The notes under the pieces are model-generated. The model ran no database searches. It had not been told where the DNA came from and was given only the letters and a program-made list of their open reading frames with translations. DNA of 64,000 nucleotides from Candidatus Marinacidobacterales bacterium (GTDB lineage: Bacteria; Acidobacteriota; Vicinamibacteria; Marinacidobacterales; SMYC01), in assembly GCA_965224085.1 (NCBI GenBank), contig CBDCYI010000005.1, forward strand, positions 800,001 through 864,000, given 5' to 3'. Below, piece by piece: positions 9,015-19,873 of the stretch (position 1 is its first letter; each line of letters opens with the position of its first letter). The position numbers were made by a program, and so were the translations under genes.

Positions 9015-9927
9015 ATGAAAACGCAACAACCGAGATTCGAGATCTTCCGCGCGACGATCTTGGGCACTCAGCCTCGCCGGCCTAGCCATGGTCGCGTGCG
9101 GTGGAAACGAACCCACGGAGAGGCGGCCCATCACGGCGAGCTTCGAAGTCAACAAGCCCCGGGCGCCCATCGGAAGCCCCATCGAGATCACATATAGCTT
9201 CGACATCGCCGCCGACTCTGAGCCGATTTCGAAAGACTACACCGTGTTCGTCCATTTTCTGGACTCCCACAACGCCCAGCTTTTCACCGACGACCATCAG
9301 CCCGAAATACCTACGAGCGAGTGGAAGGCCGGATCCAAAGTCGAGTATATGCGGACGTTCTTTATCCCGCTATACCCTTATCTCGGCACGGCGACGGTGG
9401 AGCTCGGTCTCTACCTCCCCGGCGAAGGCGGAAGCCGTCTCGGTCTCGACGGCGCCGATAGCGGGCGCCTTTCCTACCGAGCCGGGCAGCTCGAGCTTTT
9501 GGACCAAAAGGAGAATATTTTTCTCGTCTACAAAGAAGGCTGGCACCAGCTCGAATCCGCTCCCGAGAACCCTAACTTGGAATGGCAGTGGACGAAAAAA
9601 GAAGCCGTCTGCTCGTTCCGGAACCCGAAAAAGGAAAGCGTTCTCTATCTCGAAGCCGACGCGAACGTCGAGGCTTTCGAGGAGCCCCTGAACGTTTCCG
9701 TATTGATTGGCGAGACCGAGATCGCCGCGTTCGGCGTGACTGGAAGGGACCCGTTCCTGCAGAAGCTCACCATCCCGGCCGACGCCCTTGGCGAGGAGGA
9801 TTGGGTCGACCTCCGAATCGTGAACAGTACTTCGTTCATCCCGTCGGATGCGGGCGTGGGAGACGACACGCGTGATCTAGGGCTTCGGGTTTATCACTTG
9901 TACATCGATACGTTCGCCGGGACCTAG
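9015..9927 (+). CDS. Hypothetical lipoprotein (apparent frameshift in the signal region near 9065)
   Basis: RBS GGAGG before ATG 9015; lipobox LAMVAC lies in the frame of ORF 9088..9927; beta-rich body. Confidence 0.6.
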
Positions 9928-9949
9928 TGCCCTGTATCAGCATCGGGAT

Positions 9950-11250
9950 TTAGCTGTCGTCCTCTGTCAGGTCGAGTTCTAGGCGTAGGCGTGTTTGGGT
10001 GCCTTTTTCTCGGGGCGGGAGCTCGACTCGAATCGCTTTCGAGACCGTGTAGTGCGTGTCGTCACCCACGAGCTTGAGGTTGACGACGACGCCCGACGCC
10101 TCTTCTAGAACTTTGGCAGGGATTTCGACAACGGCAGCGCCTTCGACCAAAACTTTCTCGTCTTCCTTAGGCCCTTTTTTCTTCTTTGCTTTTGCGGTAC
10201 CGAAGGCCATCTCGCGAAGATTCGACAGCTCTCGATCGATGTCGAGTTTCGACTGTGTCCGAACGCGCAAAGGCCGAAGCCCGGCTAATGTTTTAGAGGA
10301 GTCGATTGTCTCCCTCTCGGTCCTGTTCGCGGCGAACTCTATCTGGACCTCGGACGTGTCGCCTGGCGGAGTGGTTGCCGCGGGAAACGTTTTTTCCTCG
10401 ACACGGTCGGCCGCTTCGGGGTCGACATCGTCGAGCTCGGCAAAGGGGGCGTCCCGATAGACGCGCTCGTCGTCTCGTCGCTGGCCGGCTCCGCGACGTC
10501 GATGAGGGGCATCGGAGCGTCCGCCCCGCCAATGGCTTTGTCCGTCATCGTTTCGGGCGGCGACACATCGACCTTGACCGCCGTGGCCTCCACCGCCTCC
10601 GAGTCCTCGACTGCGGGCTCCCGGATGGAGGCGCCGACGAGCACGGGCTCTTCCTGGGTCCCAGAGATCTTTCGGTGCACCGCGGCCAGTGTTTTTTTCG
10701 AGATCGTCTTGAGCGTTTCGAAGACGCCAACGCTGTGGAGCGCGGCCCCTTCCAAAACATCGTAGCCATCGTGGTTCAAATGCCGGTCCAAGGCTTCGAC
10801 GGGCAAGATGTTTCGAAGATCGCGCTTGTTGTACTGGAATATGAACGGAATCTTGTCGAGAGGCTGGCTCAGCTCTTCGAGGTTCTGCTTCAGGTTGTGG
10901 AAGCTCTCGATGTTCGCGTCGAGCGCCACTTCCTGAGAATCCGCGACGAAGACGATCCCGTCGACGCCCTTGAGTACGAGCTTTCGTGTCGTGTTGTAGA
11001 ACACTTGGCCGGGAACGGTGTACAGCTGCAAGCGCACACGCATCCCTCCAATCGTACCTACCTCGAGCGGCAGAAGGTCGAAGAACAATGTTCGATCCGC
11101 CTCGGTCTCGAGGCTCACCATCTCCCCGCGTGAGTCCGGGTCCGTGCGCTTATGGATTTGGTGCAGATTGGTCGTCTTGCCGCAGAGTCCTGGGCCGTAA
11201 TACACGATCTTCGCAGACACCTGCATCGTCGTGTAGTTGAAGAAAACCAC
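9950..11250 (-). CDS. mglA: MglA-family small GTPase with long C-terminal extension (apparent frameshift near 10460)
   Basis: KIVYYGPGLCGKTTNL, RTLFFD, YTVPGQVFY and NKRD motifs; acidic linker continues into ORF 9950..10270. Confidence 0.8.
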
Positions 11251-11479
11251 GGGCTGGCTGTACCCTTATTCCTTTGAAACTCAGATAGATAGAGATATCC
11301 AAATCTTAACCGGAGCAACGTGAAGCGTCAAACAATACCCCCGAGCGCAGAGTCTCATCTAAGGGCCCGGAGAAGAATAACTACCGTTATATCTGGATAT
11401 TATTCGCTCCTCGCGCCTTGCCGTACGGGCGCCGTTTACTAGATTGGGCCAAGAATCGGCATTGATTCTTGCCCGGACA

Positions 11480-13210
11480 CTATGGCTTGAGGATCGCATA
11501 AACCGGAAGACCCACCCCTTCGAATCGTTTTATGACCTCACGAGCCGGTGAGGCCTCCGGGTCCTCAGCTCGAAATTTGATTTTCACGTAATCGTCGAGA
11601 CGTGCGAGCACGTCCGGGTCTTCGAACGTAGTTTTGTCCATCGTGAGACAGTTCTTGCACCACGAGGCCCAGATGTCGACGAGCACCATTTTGTTCTCGG
11701 CCTTGGCCTGTTGCAACCCCCCTTCGAGGGAAGGCACCCAACCCGAGTCGATCTTCGCCTGAACGCTCTCCGCGACGGCCGCCCCATCCACCCAGCGCTG
11801 GCTCACGATGTCATAGCCTAGATATCCGTAGTAAGAAGCGAGGCCCAGGATCAAAACGCCGAAAGCTTGTTTGACCCGAACCATCCAAGCACCCGGCTTC
11901 GGAAGCAGTGAGATACCCGCACCCGCGATCGGCCACGGGATAGCCATGCCGATGCCGAGAAGAAACGGCAGCGCAAGGGCAGCGACTTGGCCTTTCGCAT
12001 AGAGGTCGCTCGAGAAGATGACGACTTGAATGACGACGGGCGCCACACAAGCGCCCGCGAGAAGTGCCGCGACCGCACCCATGCCGAACGCCACGAACAA
12101 CTTTCCCGTGCCGGCGGAAAACTGGACCTTGGATTGAAAGCTCGAGAAATCGATTGTGATGACGTCGAACATAGCGAGCGCGAGCACCACGAAAAGGACG
12201 GCAATCCCAAAGTTGAACCATGGGGACGCATTGATCGTTCCAAAAGTTCCGGCAGTGAGGATGACGACGAGCCCGAGAGCGCCGTAGACAATGGCCATTG
12301 CCAAGCCATAGGCGCCGCCAAGCGCAAAACCGCGCGCTTTGCTGCCCGCGCGAGCGCCGGCCCCGATGATCCCGAGATTGATGGGGATCATGGGAAGGAC
12401 GCAGGGTGTCAAGTTGAGCGCGAGCCCACCGAAAAGCACGATGGTGACGATGGCGAGAGGCCCCCTGGCTTCGAACCATCCTTTCCGAGTGCGGCCCGCC
12501 TCGGCGTCATCGATGAACTCGATAAACGCATCCTTCCCGAGAAACCCGCCGGTAGTGCCGGAAAGGGTGAACGCGTCGAGAAGCTCGTGTGTGTTTCGGT
12601 CGCCGCTCCCCGTCGCAGCGACCACTTCATTCAAGTCGAGCGCAGGCAGTTCCTCTAGCATCTCGACAGGGCTCGTCTTCGAAAAGTCGATCGCATCGAA
12701 GACGCTCGCGTATTGGGGCGCGGCCAGCTCGTCCGGCGAAGAAACGCGAAGCGCAATCTCAACGGGTCGCTTATCCGGCCGATAGCAGACGTTGTCGTCG
12801 CAAGCTTGGTAGTTGAGCTGGCCCAAGAGCGCGTGGTCGCCGGGCGACACGCTCGCATCGATCGACATCAACACTCCGATCGCAAACTCTTTTTCGAACA
12901 CCGCAAGCGGCGTCTCGGATCCGCCAGTGACGAGGTGAAAGGCTTCAGGATAGGCGAGCGAATCGACGCTCACACCCTCGAGCGGTGCGAATTGCAGCGA
13001 AGTCGGGATGAGGTACTTCTCGAGCGGCTCGTTCGAGTTCACGTGAAAGCCGTCCTGCAACCGAACCTGAACCGCAGCCCGAACCGACTGTCCGGGATGA
13101 AGAACATCCGCCTCAACCACCGGCATCACATCCACTTGAATACGCCCCGGCTGCCCCCAGACACTCCCCGTCCACAGGACCAACAAAACCGCGCCCAACA
13201 CTTTCCGCAT
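11480..13210 (-). CDS. dsbD: Thiol:disulfide interchange protein, DsbD-like
   Basis: N-domain QACDDNVCY; membrane domain TPCVLPM and GACVAP; LPKPGAWM; thioredoxin WCKNC. Confidence 0.88.
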   Translation of the reverse strand: MRKVLGAVLLVLWTGSVWGQPGRIQVDVMPVVEADVLHPGQSVRAAVQVRLQDGFHVNSNEPLEKYLIPTSLQFAPLEGVSVDSLAYPEAFHLVTGGSETPLAVFEKEFAIGVLMSIDASVSPGDHALLGQLNYQACDDNVCYRPDKRPVEIALRVSSPDELAAPQYASVFDAIDFSKTSPVEMLEELPALDLNEVVAATGSGDRNTHELLDAFTLSGTTGGFLGKDAFIEFIDDAEAGRTRKGWFEARGPLAIVTIVLFGGLALNLTPCVLPMIPINLGIIGAGARAGSKARGFALGGAYGLAMAIVYGALGLVVILTAGTFGTINASPWFNFGIAVLFVVLALAMFDVITIDFSSFQSKVQFSAGTGKLFVAFGMGAVAALLAGACVAPVVIQVVIFSSDLYAKGQVAALALPFLLGIGMAIPWPIAGAGISLLPKPGAWMVRVKQAFGVLILGLASYYGYLGYDIVSQRWVDGAAVAESVQAKIDSGWVPSLEGGLQQAKAENKMVLVDIWASWCKNCLTMDKTTFEDPDVLARLDDYVKIKFRAEDPEASPAREVIKRFEGVGLPVYAILKP

Positions 13211-13367
13211 AACACTTCATTTTACTCCAAGCGCATGTGGCCCGCTGTGAAGATCCGCATTCCGGGTCTGCTGCCTGCTCCCTGCTACCGCATGTTTTTC
13301 GCCCCTGCTACCCGTCCGGTGGAGGAAGCTGCAGCGAAACACGGACCTGTGATATCTTCCGCCGCTC

Positions 13368-13853
13368 ATGCGGTTCGCCGTCACCATCGTTCTTGGGATT
13401 CTGGCGCTCTCCGTTAGCAGCTGTGGCGGGGATGCGGGCGCATCGCCAACTCAGCCGATCGCGTTTCCTCACAAGCTTCATGCGGACAACCAAATCGATT
13501 GCGCGTTTTGTCACGAGTTCTACGATCGACAGGCCGCGGCCGGTATCCCGCGAACCGAGCTCTGCGGCGCGTGCCACATGGCAATGCCTCAGGAAAGCGA
13601 GGCCACTCAGAAGCTCATGGAATATGTGGATGCCGAGGCGCCCATCCCGTGGGTCCGTCTTTACAAGCTTCCGCAATTCACCTATTTCCCTCATAAATGG
13701 CACGTACGGGCCGGGCTCAGCTGCGAGACGTGCCACTCGGATATCGGACAAAGCATGACAGCAGTCCGCCACCAGGTCCTCGAGATGGAGTGGTGCATCG
13801 AGTGTCACGAGCAGGAACAGGTTTCGGTGGACTGTGTTGTCTGCCACAAGTAG
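13368..13853 (+). CDS. Pentaheme cytochrome c (QrcA/ActA-like), lipoprotein
   Basis: Five CxxCH motifs (CAFCH, CGACH, CETCH, CIECH, CVVCH); QPIAFPHKLH. Confidence 0.88.
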   Translation: MRFAVTIVLGILALSVSSCGGDAGASPTQPIAFPHKLHADNQIDCAFCHEFYDRQAAAGIPRTELCGACHMAMPQESEATQKLMEYVDAEAPIPWVRLYKLPQFTYFPHKWHVRAGLSCETCHSDIGQSMTAVRHQVLEMEWCIECHEQEQVSVDCVVCHK

Positions 13854-13857
13854 ACCG

Positions 13858-15864
13858 ATGGATCGACGCGAATTTCTCAAAGGCAGCGTATTTGCCGCGA
13901 CCGCCGGGCTCGCTCTCGACGCATGCACCCCCGATTCTTCCCAGCTCATCCCGATTCTGATCCCGGAAGAGCCTTTCATCCCCGGTGAGGAGATTTGGAC
14001 GCGGTCGACTTGCTTCGAATGCAAGTCGGCTTGCGGCATCGAAGTTCGCAAAATCGACGGGCGGCTCGTCAAAGTCGAAGGCAATCCCGAACAACCGATG
14101 AGCCGGGGCGGGCTTTGCCCGCGCGGCCAGGCGGCGCCCCAAGCAATGTACCACCCGGATCGCATCCGCACGCCTATGGCGAAGCAAGCTGACGGCTCCT
14201 TCGACGAGCTGACGTGGGACGAGGCGCTCGAGCGCGTGGCTACCGCACTCGGCAGTTCCGATCGCACCGCTTTTGCCTTTCTCACTGGCACCCTCACGGG
14301 ACATCGGCGCACGATCGTCGAGCGATTCTTGAAGGCGTTCGGATCCTCGGACCATATCCTTCACGAACCCTTCTCGACCGCGACGCTCGAGCGTGCGGGC
14401 ACGCTTGCGACCGGCCACCACCGGCTCGCAGATCCTGATCTAGAGAACGCAGGCTACGTCGTATCTTTCGGCGCAGAGATATTGGAAGCAGATGTGTCGC
14501 CGGTGCGTTTTCACCGCGGGCTGGCCGAGCTGCGGCAGGGCCGTCCCGGACGCCGCGGCAAGTTCGTGATGGTGGGCCCACGCCTGTCCCTGACCGCGGC
14601 CAACGCGGACGAGTGGATCCCGGCGCGTGCCGGCGAAGCGATCGAGCTCGCTCTAGCCATCGCGCATGTGTTGATCCGGGATGGCCGGAAGGCCCCGTCG
14701 GGATCCGAGGGTTTCGAAGCATTCCGCACCCTCCTCGAGGAGGTCGAGCCGAGCGCAACCGCAGAGCGATTGGCGCAAGAGATGGCCGAGCACGGCCCAA
14801 CGATTTGCCTCACAGGAGGCTCGGCGGTGCGGTCGGGAGCAGGACTGGCCCTCGCTCTAGCGGTGTCCCACTTGAACGCGCTCTCAGGCGCGAACATAAA
14901 GCCAGCCGAAGCGCCACCTTTCGCTCCGTGGGCCGCGATCGAGGGACCCGAGATCAAGAAGCGTGCTCTGACCGAAGCGCTCGGCTCCGAGCCTCCGAAC
15001 GTTCTTTTCATCGCGGACACGAACCCGCTCTACAGCCTACCAGCCGCGTTCGAGGCCGAAACCTGGCTCTCCTCCGTCTCGCTCCGGGTGAGCTTTAGCG
15101 CGTTCATGGACGAGACGACCGCAGCAGCCGACCTCGTGCTCCCAGAGTCCATGTCGTTCGAGCGTTTCGAGGACGCCGTCCCCGACGGCGCTCCTGTTCC
15201 CATGGCCGCCCTCTCACAGCCGCTTCTCGTACGTACACTTTACGACACGCGGTCGATGCCGGATGCGCTACTCGCTATCGCAAAGAGCTCGGGTCGAGCT
15301 GACGCGTTTCCGTGGAGCTCCTACGAGGCGGCGCTTCGCGAAGCTTGGGCCGGCCTCGACACTTCCTGGAGCGATGCACTCGCTCGCGGAGGGTTTTGGA
15401 GCGCGAAAAGGGCGGGCGAGCCCGGACGCTACCGCTTCGACATCGCGGCTATCGCTGAGCGGTCTCCCCCGTCACCAGGGCTCGAGCTCCACGTCTACGC
15501 GTCGAATGCTCTAGGTGACGGGCGGAGCGCCCATCTCCCCTTTCTTCAAGAGCTGTCGGATCCGATCACAGGCATCCGTTGGGGGAGCGTGGTCGAGATC
15601 AACGCGGATCGGGCCGACGAGTTCGGTATAGGGAGCGGAGACCTCCTCGAGCTCCGATCCGAATCGGGAGCCATCGAGGCGCCCGCACACGTCACGCCAG
15701 GTCTTCATCCCGAAATCGTCGCGATCGCCGCCGGGCAAGGCCACACCAGCTACGGCCGCTACAGCGAAGGGCGCGGCGTGAATGCCCTCGCACTACTGGA
15801 CCCTGCATCGGATGCGGATGGGGCGCTGCTCGCGGGGACAAAAGTTACGGTACGCAAGCTATGA
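13858..15864 (+). CDS. Tat-exported molybdopterin-oxidoreductase-family subunit (QrcB/ActB1-like)
   Basis: MDRREFLK Tat signal; CFECKSAC...LCPRGQ Fe-S motif; ADLVLP; C-terminal dinucleotide-binding domain. Confidence 0.85.
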   Translation: MDRREFLKGSVFAATAGLALDACTPDSSQLIPILIPEEPFIPGEEIWTRSTCFECKSACGIEVRKIDGRLVKVEGNPEQPMSRGGLCPRGQAAPQAMYHPDRIRTPMAKQADGSFDELTWDEALERVATALGSSDRTAFAFLTGTLTGHRRTIVERFLKAFGSSDHILHEPFSTATLERAGTLATGHHRLADPDLENAGYVVSFGAEILEADVSPVRFHRGLAELRQGRPGRRGKFVMVGPRLSLTAANADEWIPARAGEAIELALAIAHVLIRDGRKAPSGSEGFEAFRTLLEEVEPSATAERLAQEMAEHGPTICLTGGSAVRSGAGLALALAVSHLNALSGANIKPAEAPPFAPWAAIEGPEIKKRALTEALGSEPPNVLFIADTNPLYSLPAAFEAETWLSSVSLRVSFSAFMDETTAAADLVLPESMSFERFEDAVPDGAPVPMAALSQPLLVRTLYDTRSMPDALLAIAKSSGRADAFPWSSYEAALREAWAGLDTSWSDALARGGFWSAKRAGEPGRYRFDIAAIAERSPPSPGLELHVYASNALGDGRSAHLPFLQELSDPITGIRWGSVVEINADRADEFGIGSGDLLELRSESGAIEAPAHVTPGLHPEIVAIAAGQGHTSYGRYSEGRGVNALALLDPASDADGALLAGTKVTVRKL

Positions 15865-16577
15865 CCGAATGGGGCATGGCCATCGACGTCGACCGCTGCA
15901 CCGGTTGCGAAGCGTGCGTTGTTGCGTGTCGCGGTGAGAACAACGTTTCTTTTGCGGGGCCGGTCGAATCTTCGCGCGGCCGTACGACCGAATGGCTCCG
16001 CATCGAACGATTCATCGAAGGCGCCTTTCCTGACGTCAGGATGCGGTTCAAACCCGTCCTCTGCGTTCAGTGCGACAACGCGCCTTGCGTCAAAGTGTGC
16101 CCCGTATCGGCGACCTACGAAACGCCCCAAGGTCTGAACGCGCAAATCCACCCGCGTTGCATCGGCACCCGGGCTTGCGCGCATGCTTGTCCCTACACCG
16201 TCCGTTTTTTCAATTGGTCCGAGCCGAGCTGGGAAGCACCGCTCGAGCAGACCATCAATCCTGACGTCGCCGTACGCTGGAAAGGCATCATGGAGAAATG
16301 CACGTTCTGCGTGCAGCGCATACGGCGCGCCGAGGACGCAGCCAAGGAGGAAGAGCGGTCGGTCAGGGACGGCGAAGTCGATCCCGCGTGCGCTCAATCC
16401 TGCCCGACCCGCGCCATCACGTTCGGGGATCTCGAAGATCCGGATTCGGTCGTAGCACAGCTGTTCAAGAGCCCGCGCGCAGAGCTTCCGCTCGCCGATT
16501 TGGGTACGGGCCCGCGCGTCGCCTATTTGAAGGAAGGAGAGTGGCGTGGAAGCGTCCGAGCGCGATCGCAAGATTGA
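15861..16577 (+). CDS. 4Fe-4S dicluster subunit (QrcC/NrfC/ActB2-like)
   Basis: CTGCEACVVAC, CVQCDNAPCVKVCP, CIGTRACAHACPY, EKCTFC and PACAQSCP motifs. Confidence 0.9.
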   Translation: MTEWGMAIDVDRCTGCEACVVACRGENNVSFAGPVESSRGRTTEWLRIERFIEGAFPDVRMRFKPVLCVQCDNAPCVKVCPVSATYETPQGLNAQIHPRCIGTRACAHACPYTVRFFNWSEPSWEAPLEQTINPDVAVRWKGIMEKCTFCVQRIRRAEDAAKEEERSVRDGEVDPACAQSCPTRAITFGDLEDPDSVVAQLFKSPRAELPLADLGTGPRVAYLKEGEWRGSVRARSQD

Positions 16578-17868
16578 GGACTCGCTTCTCCGTCACGTCT
16601 TCGAAACGGGGAGAGGCTTCTATCTCGTCGTCTTCGCCCTTTTGACGGTCATTGCCTTCGGTGGGCTCGCGTGGATGGGACAGCTCCGCGGCGGTCTCGG
16701 CGTCGCCGGCATGAACCAGCCCGTTTATTGGGGCCTCTACATCACGAACTACATCTTCTTCATCGGCATCAGCCACGCAGGTACGCTCATCTCCGCGATA
16801 CTGAGGCTCACCGGCGCCGAGTGGCGCCGTCCTATAACAAGGGTGGCCGAAGTCATCACCGTAGTCGCGCTCATCATGGGCTCGAGCAATATCCTCTGGC
16901 ATCTTGGACGGCCCGAGCTGATCTACTTACCGATGATCGAGCCACAGTTCTTGTCACCATTGATTTGGGACGTCGGTGCGATCTCGCTCTACATCACCGG
17001 CAGCATCGTGTATCTGTATCTGCCGCTCATCCCGGACCTCGCATTGCTGCGCGATCGGAGTCCACGATTGCGTGGGCTCTACAAGGTTTTAGCACTCGGA
17101 TGGACCGGCACCGAACGCCAACATGCGCGTCTCGAAAAGGCGATTTCTATGATGGCCGTCGCCATCATCCCGATCGCTGTGTCGGTGCACACCGTCGTGT
17201 CCTGGACTCTCGCGATGATGCTCGTTCCGATGTGGCACACCGCGATCTTCGGGCCGTACTTCGTCGTCGGTGCCATCTTCAGTGGCATTGCTGCTCTTAT
17301 GATCGCAATGGCTATCCTTCGCAAAGTCTTTCATCTCGAGAGATTTATTGGGGCCCTTCAATTCAACAACTTGAGCCTCCTCCTCGTCACGATGAGTTGT
17401 CTCTGGGCTTACTTCACGCTTGCCGAGCACCTCACAGCCTGGTATGGACACGAGCATGCCGAGATGGCGGTCTTGTCGAGCCGCCTCACAGGCGCGTTCG
17501 CACCTTATTTCTGGGGAATGGTGATCGCGTGTTTCGTCATGCCGCTCGCTATACTCGGGCCGAGCAAAACCCGGACGATTACAGGCTCCGTCGTGGCGTC
17601 GACATTCGTTTTGACCGGTATGTGGCTCGAGCGGTTCATCATCGTCATCAGCTCGGCCGGACGTCCTCGCTCGGAGCAGATGTGGGACGCCGGCACGTAT
17701 AGCCCATCGACGGTCGAGATCGCGATAACGGCGGCCGAGTTCGCCGCTTTTATCCTTTTCTACGTCGTCTTCGCCAAGCTCTTTCCGCTCGTCTCCATCT
17801 GGGAAGTGAAGGAGGCGCCCGACGGGACTTCCGATGTCGGAGCAAGCTCGGGAGGTGTCTTGGTATAA
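16546..17868 (+). CDS. NrfD/PsrC-family membrane anchor (QrcD/ActC-like)
   Basis: WGLYITNYIFFIGISHAGTLISAIL, SPLIWD, SVHTVVSW and WLERF motifs. Confidence 0.9.
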   Translation: MEASERDRKIEDSLLRHVFETGRGFYLVVFALLTVIAFGGLAWMGQLRGGLGVAGMNQPVYWGLYITNYIFFIGISHAGTLISAILRLTGAEWRRPITRVAEVITVVALIMGSSNILWHLGRPELIYLPMIEPQFLSPLIWDVGAISLYITGSIVYLYLPLIPDLALLRDRSPRLRGLYKVLALGWTGTERQHARLEKAISMMAVAIIPIAVSVHTVVSWTLAMMLVPMWHTAIFGPYFVVGAIFSGIAALMIAMAILRKVFHLERFIGALQFNNLSLLLVTMSCLWAYFTLAEHLTAWYGHEHAEMAVLSSRLTGAFAPYFWGMVIACFVMPLAILGPSKTRTITGSVVASTFVLTGMWLERFIIVISSAGRPRSEQMWDAGTYSPSTVEIAITAAEFAAFILFYVVFAKLFPLVSIWEVKEAPDGTSDVGASSGGVLV

Positions 17869-17896
17869 TGACGTTGTTGAAGGAGGCGAGAAACGG

Positions 17897-18292
17897 ATGC
17901 GCAACGTTCTGTTCACGGTTCTGCTGGCAAGCACCTGCGGCCTCGGGCTCGCAGTAGCGCAAGAAATCTGGGAAGTCCCCGACGAGGCCAAGGCCGTCGA
18001 GAACCCGGTCGAGGCGACGGCGGAAGCCGTCACCGCCGGTTCTGAGCTTTTCAAGACGCACTGCACGATGTGTCACGGCGAGACCGGAAAAGGTGACGGG
18101 CCCGCAACCCAGTTCATCAAACCCACCCCAGCGGACATCTCGACCGCCGAGGCGAAAGAGCGGATGTCGGACGGAGAGATCTTTTACAAGATCACGACCG
18201 GCAAGAGCCCCATGCCCTCCATGACACGGAAGATGAACGAGACCGAGCGCTGGCAAGTCGTGCTGTTCGTTCGGACGCTCCAACCAGAGTAG
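17897..18292 (+). CDS. Periplasmic monoheme cytochrome c
   Basis: RBS AGGAGG; signal peptide; CTMCHGETGKGDG; distal Met in MP. Confidence 0.88.
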   Translation: MRNVLFTVLLASTCGLGLAVAQEIWEVPDEAKAVENPVEATAEAVTAGSELFKTHCTMCHGETGKGDGPATQFIKPTPADISTAEAKERMSDGEIFYKITTGKSPMPSMTRKMNETERWQVVLFVRTLQPE

Positions 18293-18299
18293 CGTTTTT

Positions 18300-18896
18300 A
18301 TGGGCGGAAGGTGGGCATTCCTGATCCTTGCCTCGGTGGCCGCGCTCGGGTGTCAGGAGTCGGTCGCAGAGTCCGACTCGAGCGAGCCCGGCGAGCCCAG
18401 CGAGCCCGGCGAGCCCGGCGAGCCCAGCGAGCCCGGCGAGCCCAGCGAGCCCCGCAATCATGCCGCACCCGATCTCGTTCTGAGCAAGATCGATGGCAGC
18501 GGCACCGTCTCGCTCGTCGAGAACCGAGGCAAAGTCGTCCTCGTGGATCTGTGGGCCACCTGGTGCGTTCCGTGCATCGCGGAGCTCCCGCATCTCGAGG
18601 AGTTGTCCCAAACTTTTGGGGAAGACGATTTCTTGATGCTCGGGATCGTGCTCGAATCGGGCGAGCGCGAAGATGTCATGGAGTTCGTCGCGAAGCACAA
18701 CGTCACTTATACACAGGTCATGGGCGAACAGGACACAAGCGAAGCCTTCGGACCCTTTCTCGCCTACCCCACGAAGTACTTGATTGACCGTCGAGGTAAC
18801 GTCGTCAAACGTTACATCGGCAACGTGGGTAAAGAGCTCTCGGTTGACGTTCAGACCCTCATCGAGAACGGCGTTCTCGATGACGCCGACAACTGA
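18300..18896 (+). CDS. TlpA/ResA-family thioredoxin lipoprotein
   Basis: Lipobox ALGC; DLWATWCVPCIAELP. Confidence 0.88.
   Translation: MGGRWAFLILASVAALGCQESVAESDSSEPGEPSEPGEPGEPSEPGEPSEPRNHAAPDLVLSKIDGSGTVSLVENRGKVVLVDLWATWCVPCIAELPHLEELSQTFGEDDFLMLGIVLESGEREDVMEFVAKHNVTYTQVMGEQDTSEAFGPFLAYPTKYLIDRRGNVVKRYIGNVGKELSVDVQTLIENGVLDDADN
18381..18452 (+). repeat. In-frame 9 bp tandem repeat x8 (RGCGAGCCC) encoding an (S/G)EP linker
   Basis: Read directly from the sequence. Confidence 0.9.
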
Positions 18897-19056
18897 CCCG
18901 CTGGCACTTCCCTCGTTTGCAGGGTATATTTTTAAGTTAGGCCATCCACGATCGTCGATGGTGTCGTCGTCCTAATTTTGAAAAAATCCTAGTTCGAAGG
19001 CCTAACCTTCCGGAGCGCGGCCAATTCGCGCGAGTAAAGTCGAGGAGCTTATCAAC

Positions 19057-19407
19057 GTGGTAAACGAAGAGACGATCCTGGCGGCCAAAACGAGCTTCAA
19101 TGGCAAGCTCGATGGCGCCAATATTACCCTTCAAGGTGAATTCCGTGGCGATCTCAAGGCAACTGGAATCGTGCGCATCCTCGAAGGCTCGGACGTAAAC
19201 GCCAAAGTCGAAGCCAACGCCGTCGAGATCGGCGGCCGCTTCCGAGGCAACGTGCTCACAGAGTCGCTGCGGCTTCTCGGTCCAGCGCGAGCGACGGGCA
19301 CTTTTCGCGCGAAGAAGTTGACTGTCGAGGAGGGCGGCCAGCTCGACGGGGATTTCGAAATCGGTGAAGGCCCACCGCAGCGCTTAGCGCAGAAGGCACC
19401 CGTCTGA
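19057..19407 (+). CDS. Bactofilin (polymer-forming cytoskeletal protein)
   Basis: Beta-helix pattern: GEFRGDL, VEIGGRFRGNV, LTVEEGGQLDG. Confidence 0.85.
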   Translation: MVNEETILAAKTSFNGKLDGANITLQGEFRGDLKATGIVRILEGSDVNAKVEANAVEIGGRFRGNVLTESLRLLGPARATGTFRAKKLTVEEGGQLDGDFEIGEGPPQRLAQKAPV

Positions 19408-19440
19408 CGGGACAGGACCGCAATAAGGGACCTCGATCGA

Positions 19441-19839
19441 GTGTCAAAAACCAAAAAAAAGAAGAAAAAGGCGGCCACAAGAAAACGCGCCGCGGCGAAG
19501 CCCAAAGACAACTCCACCGAGATTGTCTTCTCTCACGGAGAGATCGATTTTCTGCGTAAGATCACTGGGAAGGATGCCGACGGCTCGACACCCAAGAACC
19601 GGCGCGCGCGTCTTTCGCTTCGCGACAAGCTTCTCGAGATCAATTTCGGCGCCCCCGAGGCCGGCGGCGGGCTCATCGTCCTAGAGCTCGTCCGGCCCGA
19701 AGTCGAGTTCCTCCAGCGGACGACGAAAGAAGTCTACAGCTTTATCACAGCGGAGGAGCGTCGCGCGCGGCTCATCCTCCGCGAAAAAATCCTCATCGCC
19801 GTTGAGAAAGTGACGGGCAGGAAGATCATTCCAGAGTAG
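19441..19839 (+). CDS. Hypothetical protein with Lys-rich N-terminus and internal duplication
   Basis: EIDFLRK...RRARLSLRDKLL recurs as EVEFLQR...RRARLILREKIL. Confidence 0.6.
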   Translation: MSKTKKKKKKAATRKRAAAKPKDNSTEIVFSHGEIDFLRKITGKDADGSTPKNRRARLSLRDKLLEINFGAPEAGGGLIVLELVRPEVEFLQRTTKEVYSFITAEERRARLILREKILIAVEKVTGRKIIPE

Positions 19840-19873
19840 CCCGCCTACGCCGTTTGAGCGTCCGACGGACGGT

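Noticed and set aside
18381-18452. Possible phase-variation repeat
   Set aside because: The 9 bp unit is in frame and only changes lipoprotein linker length.
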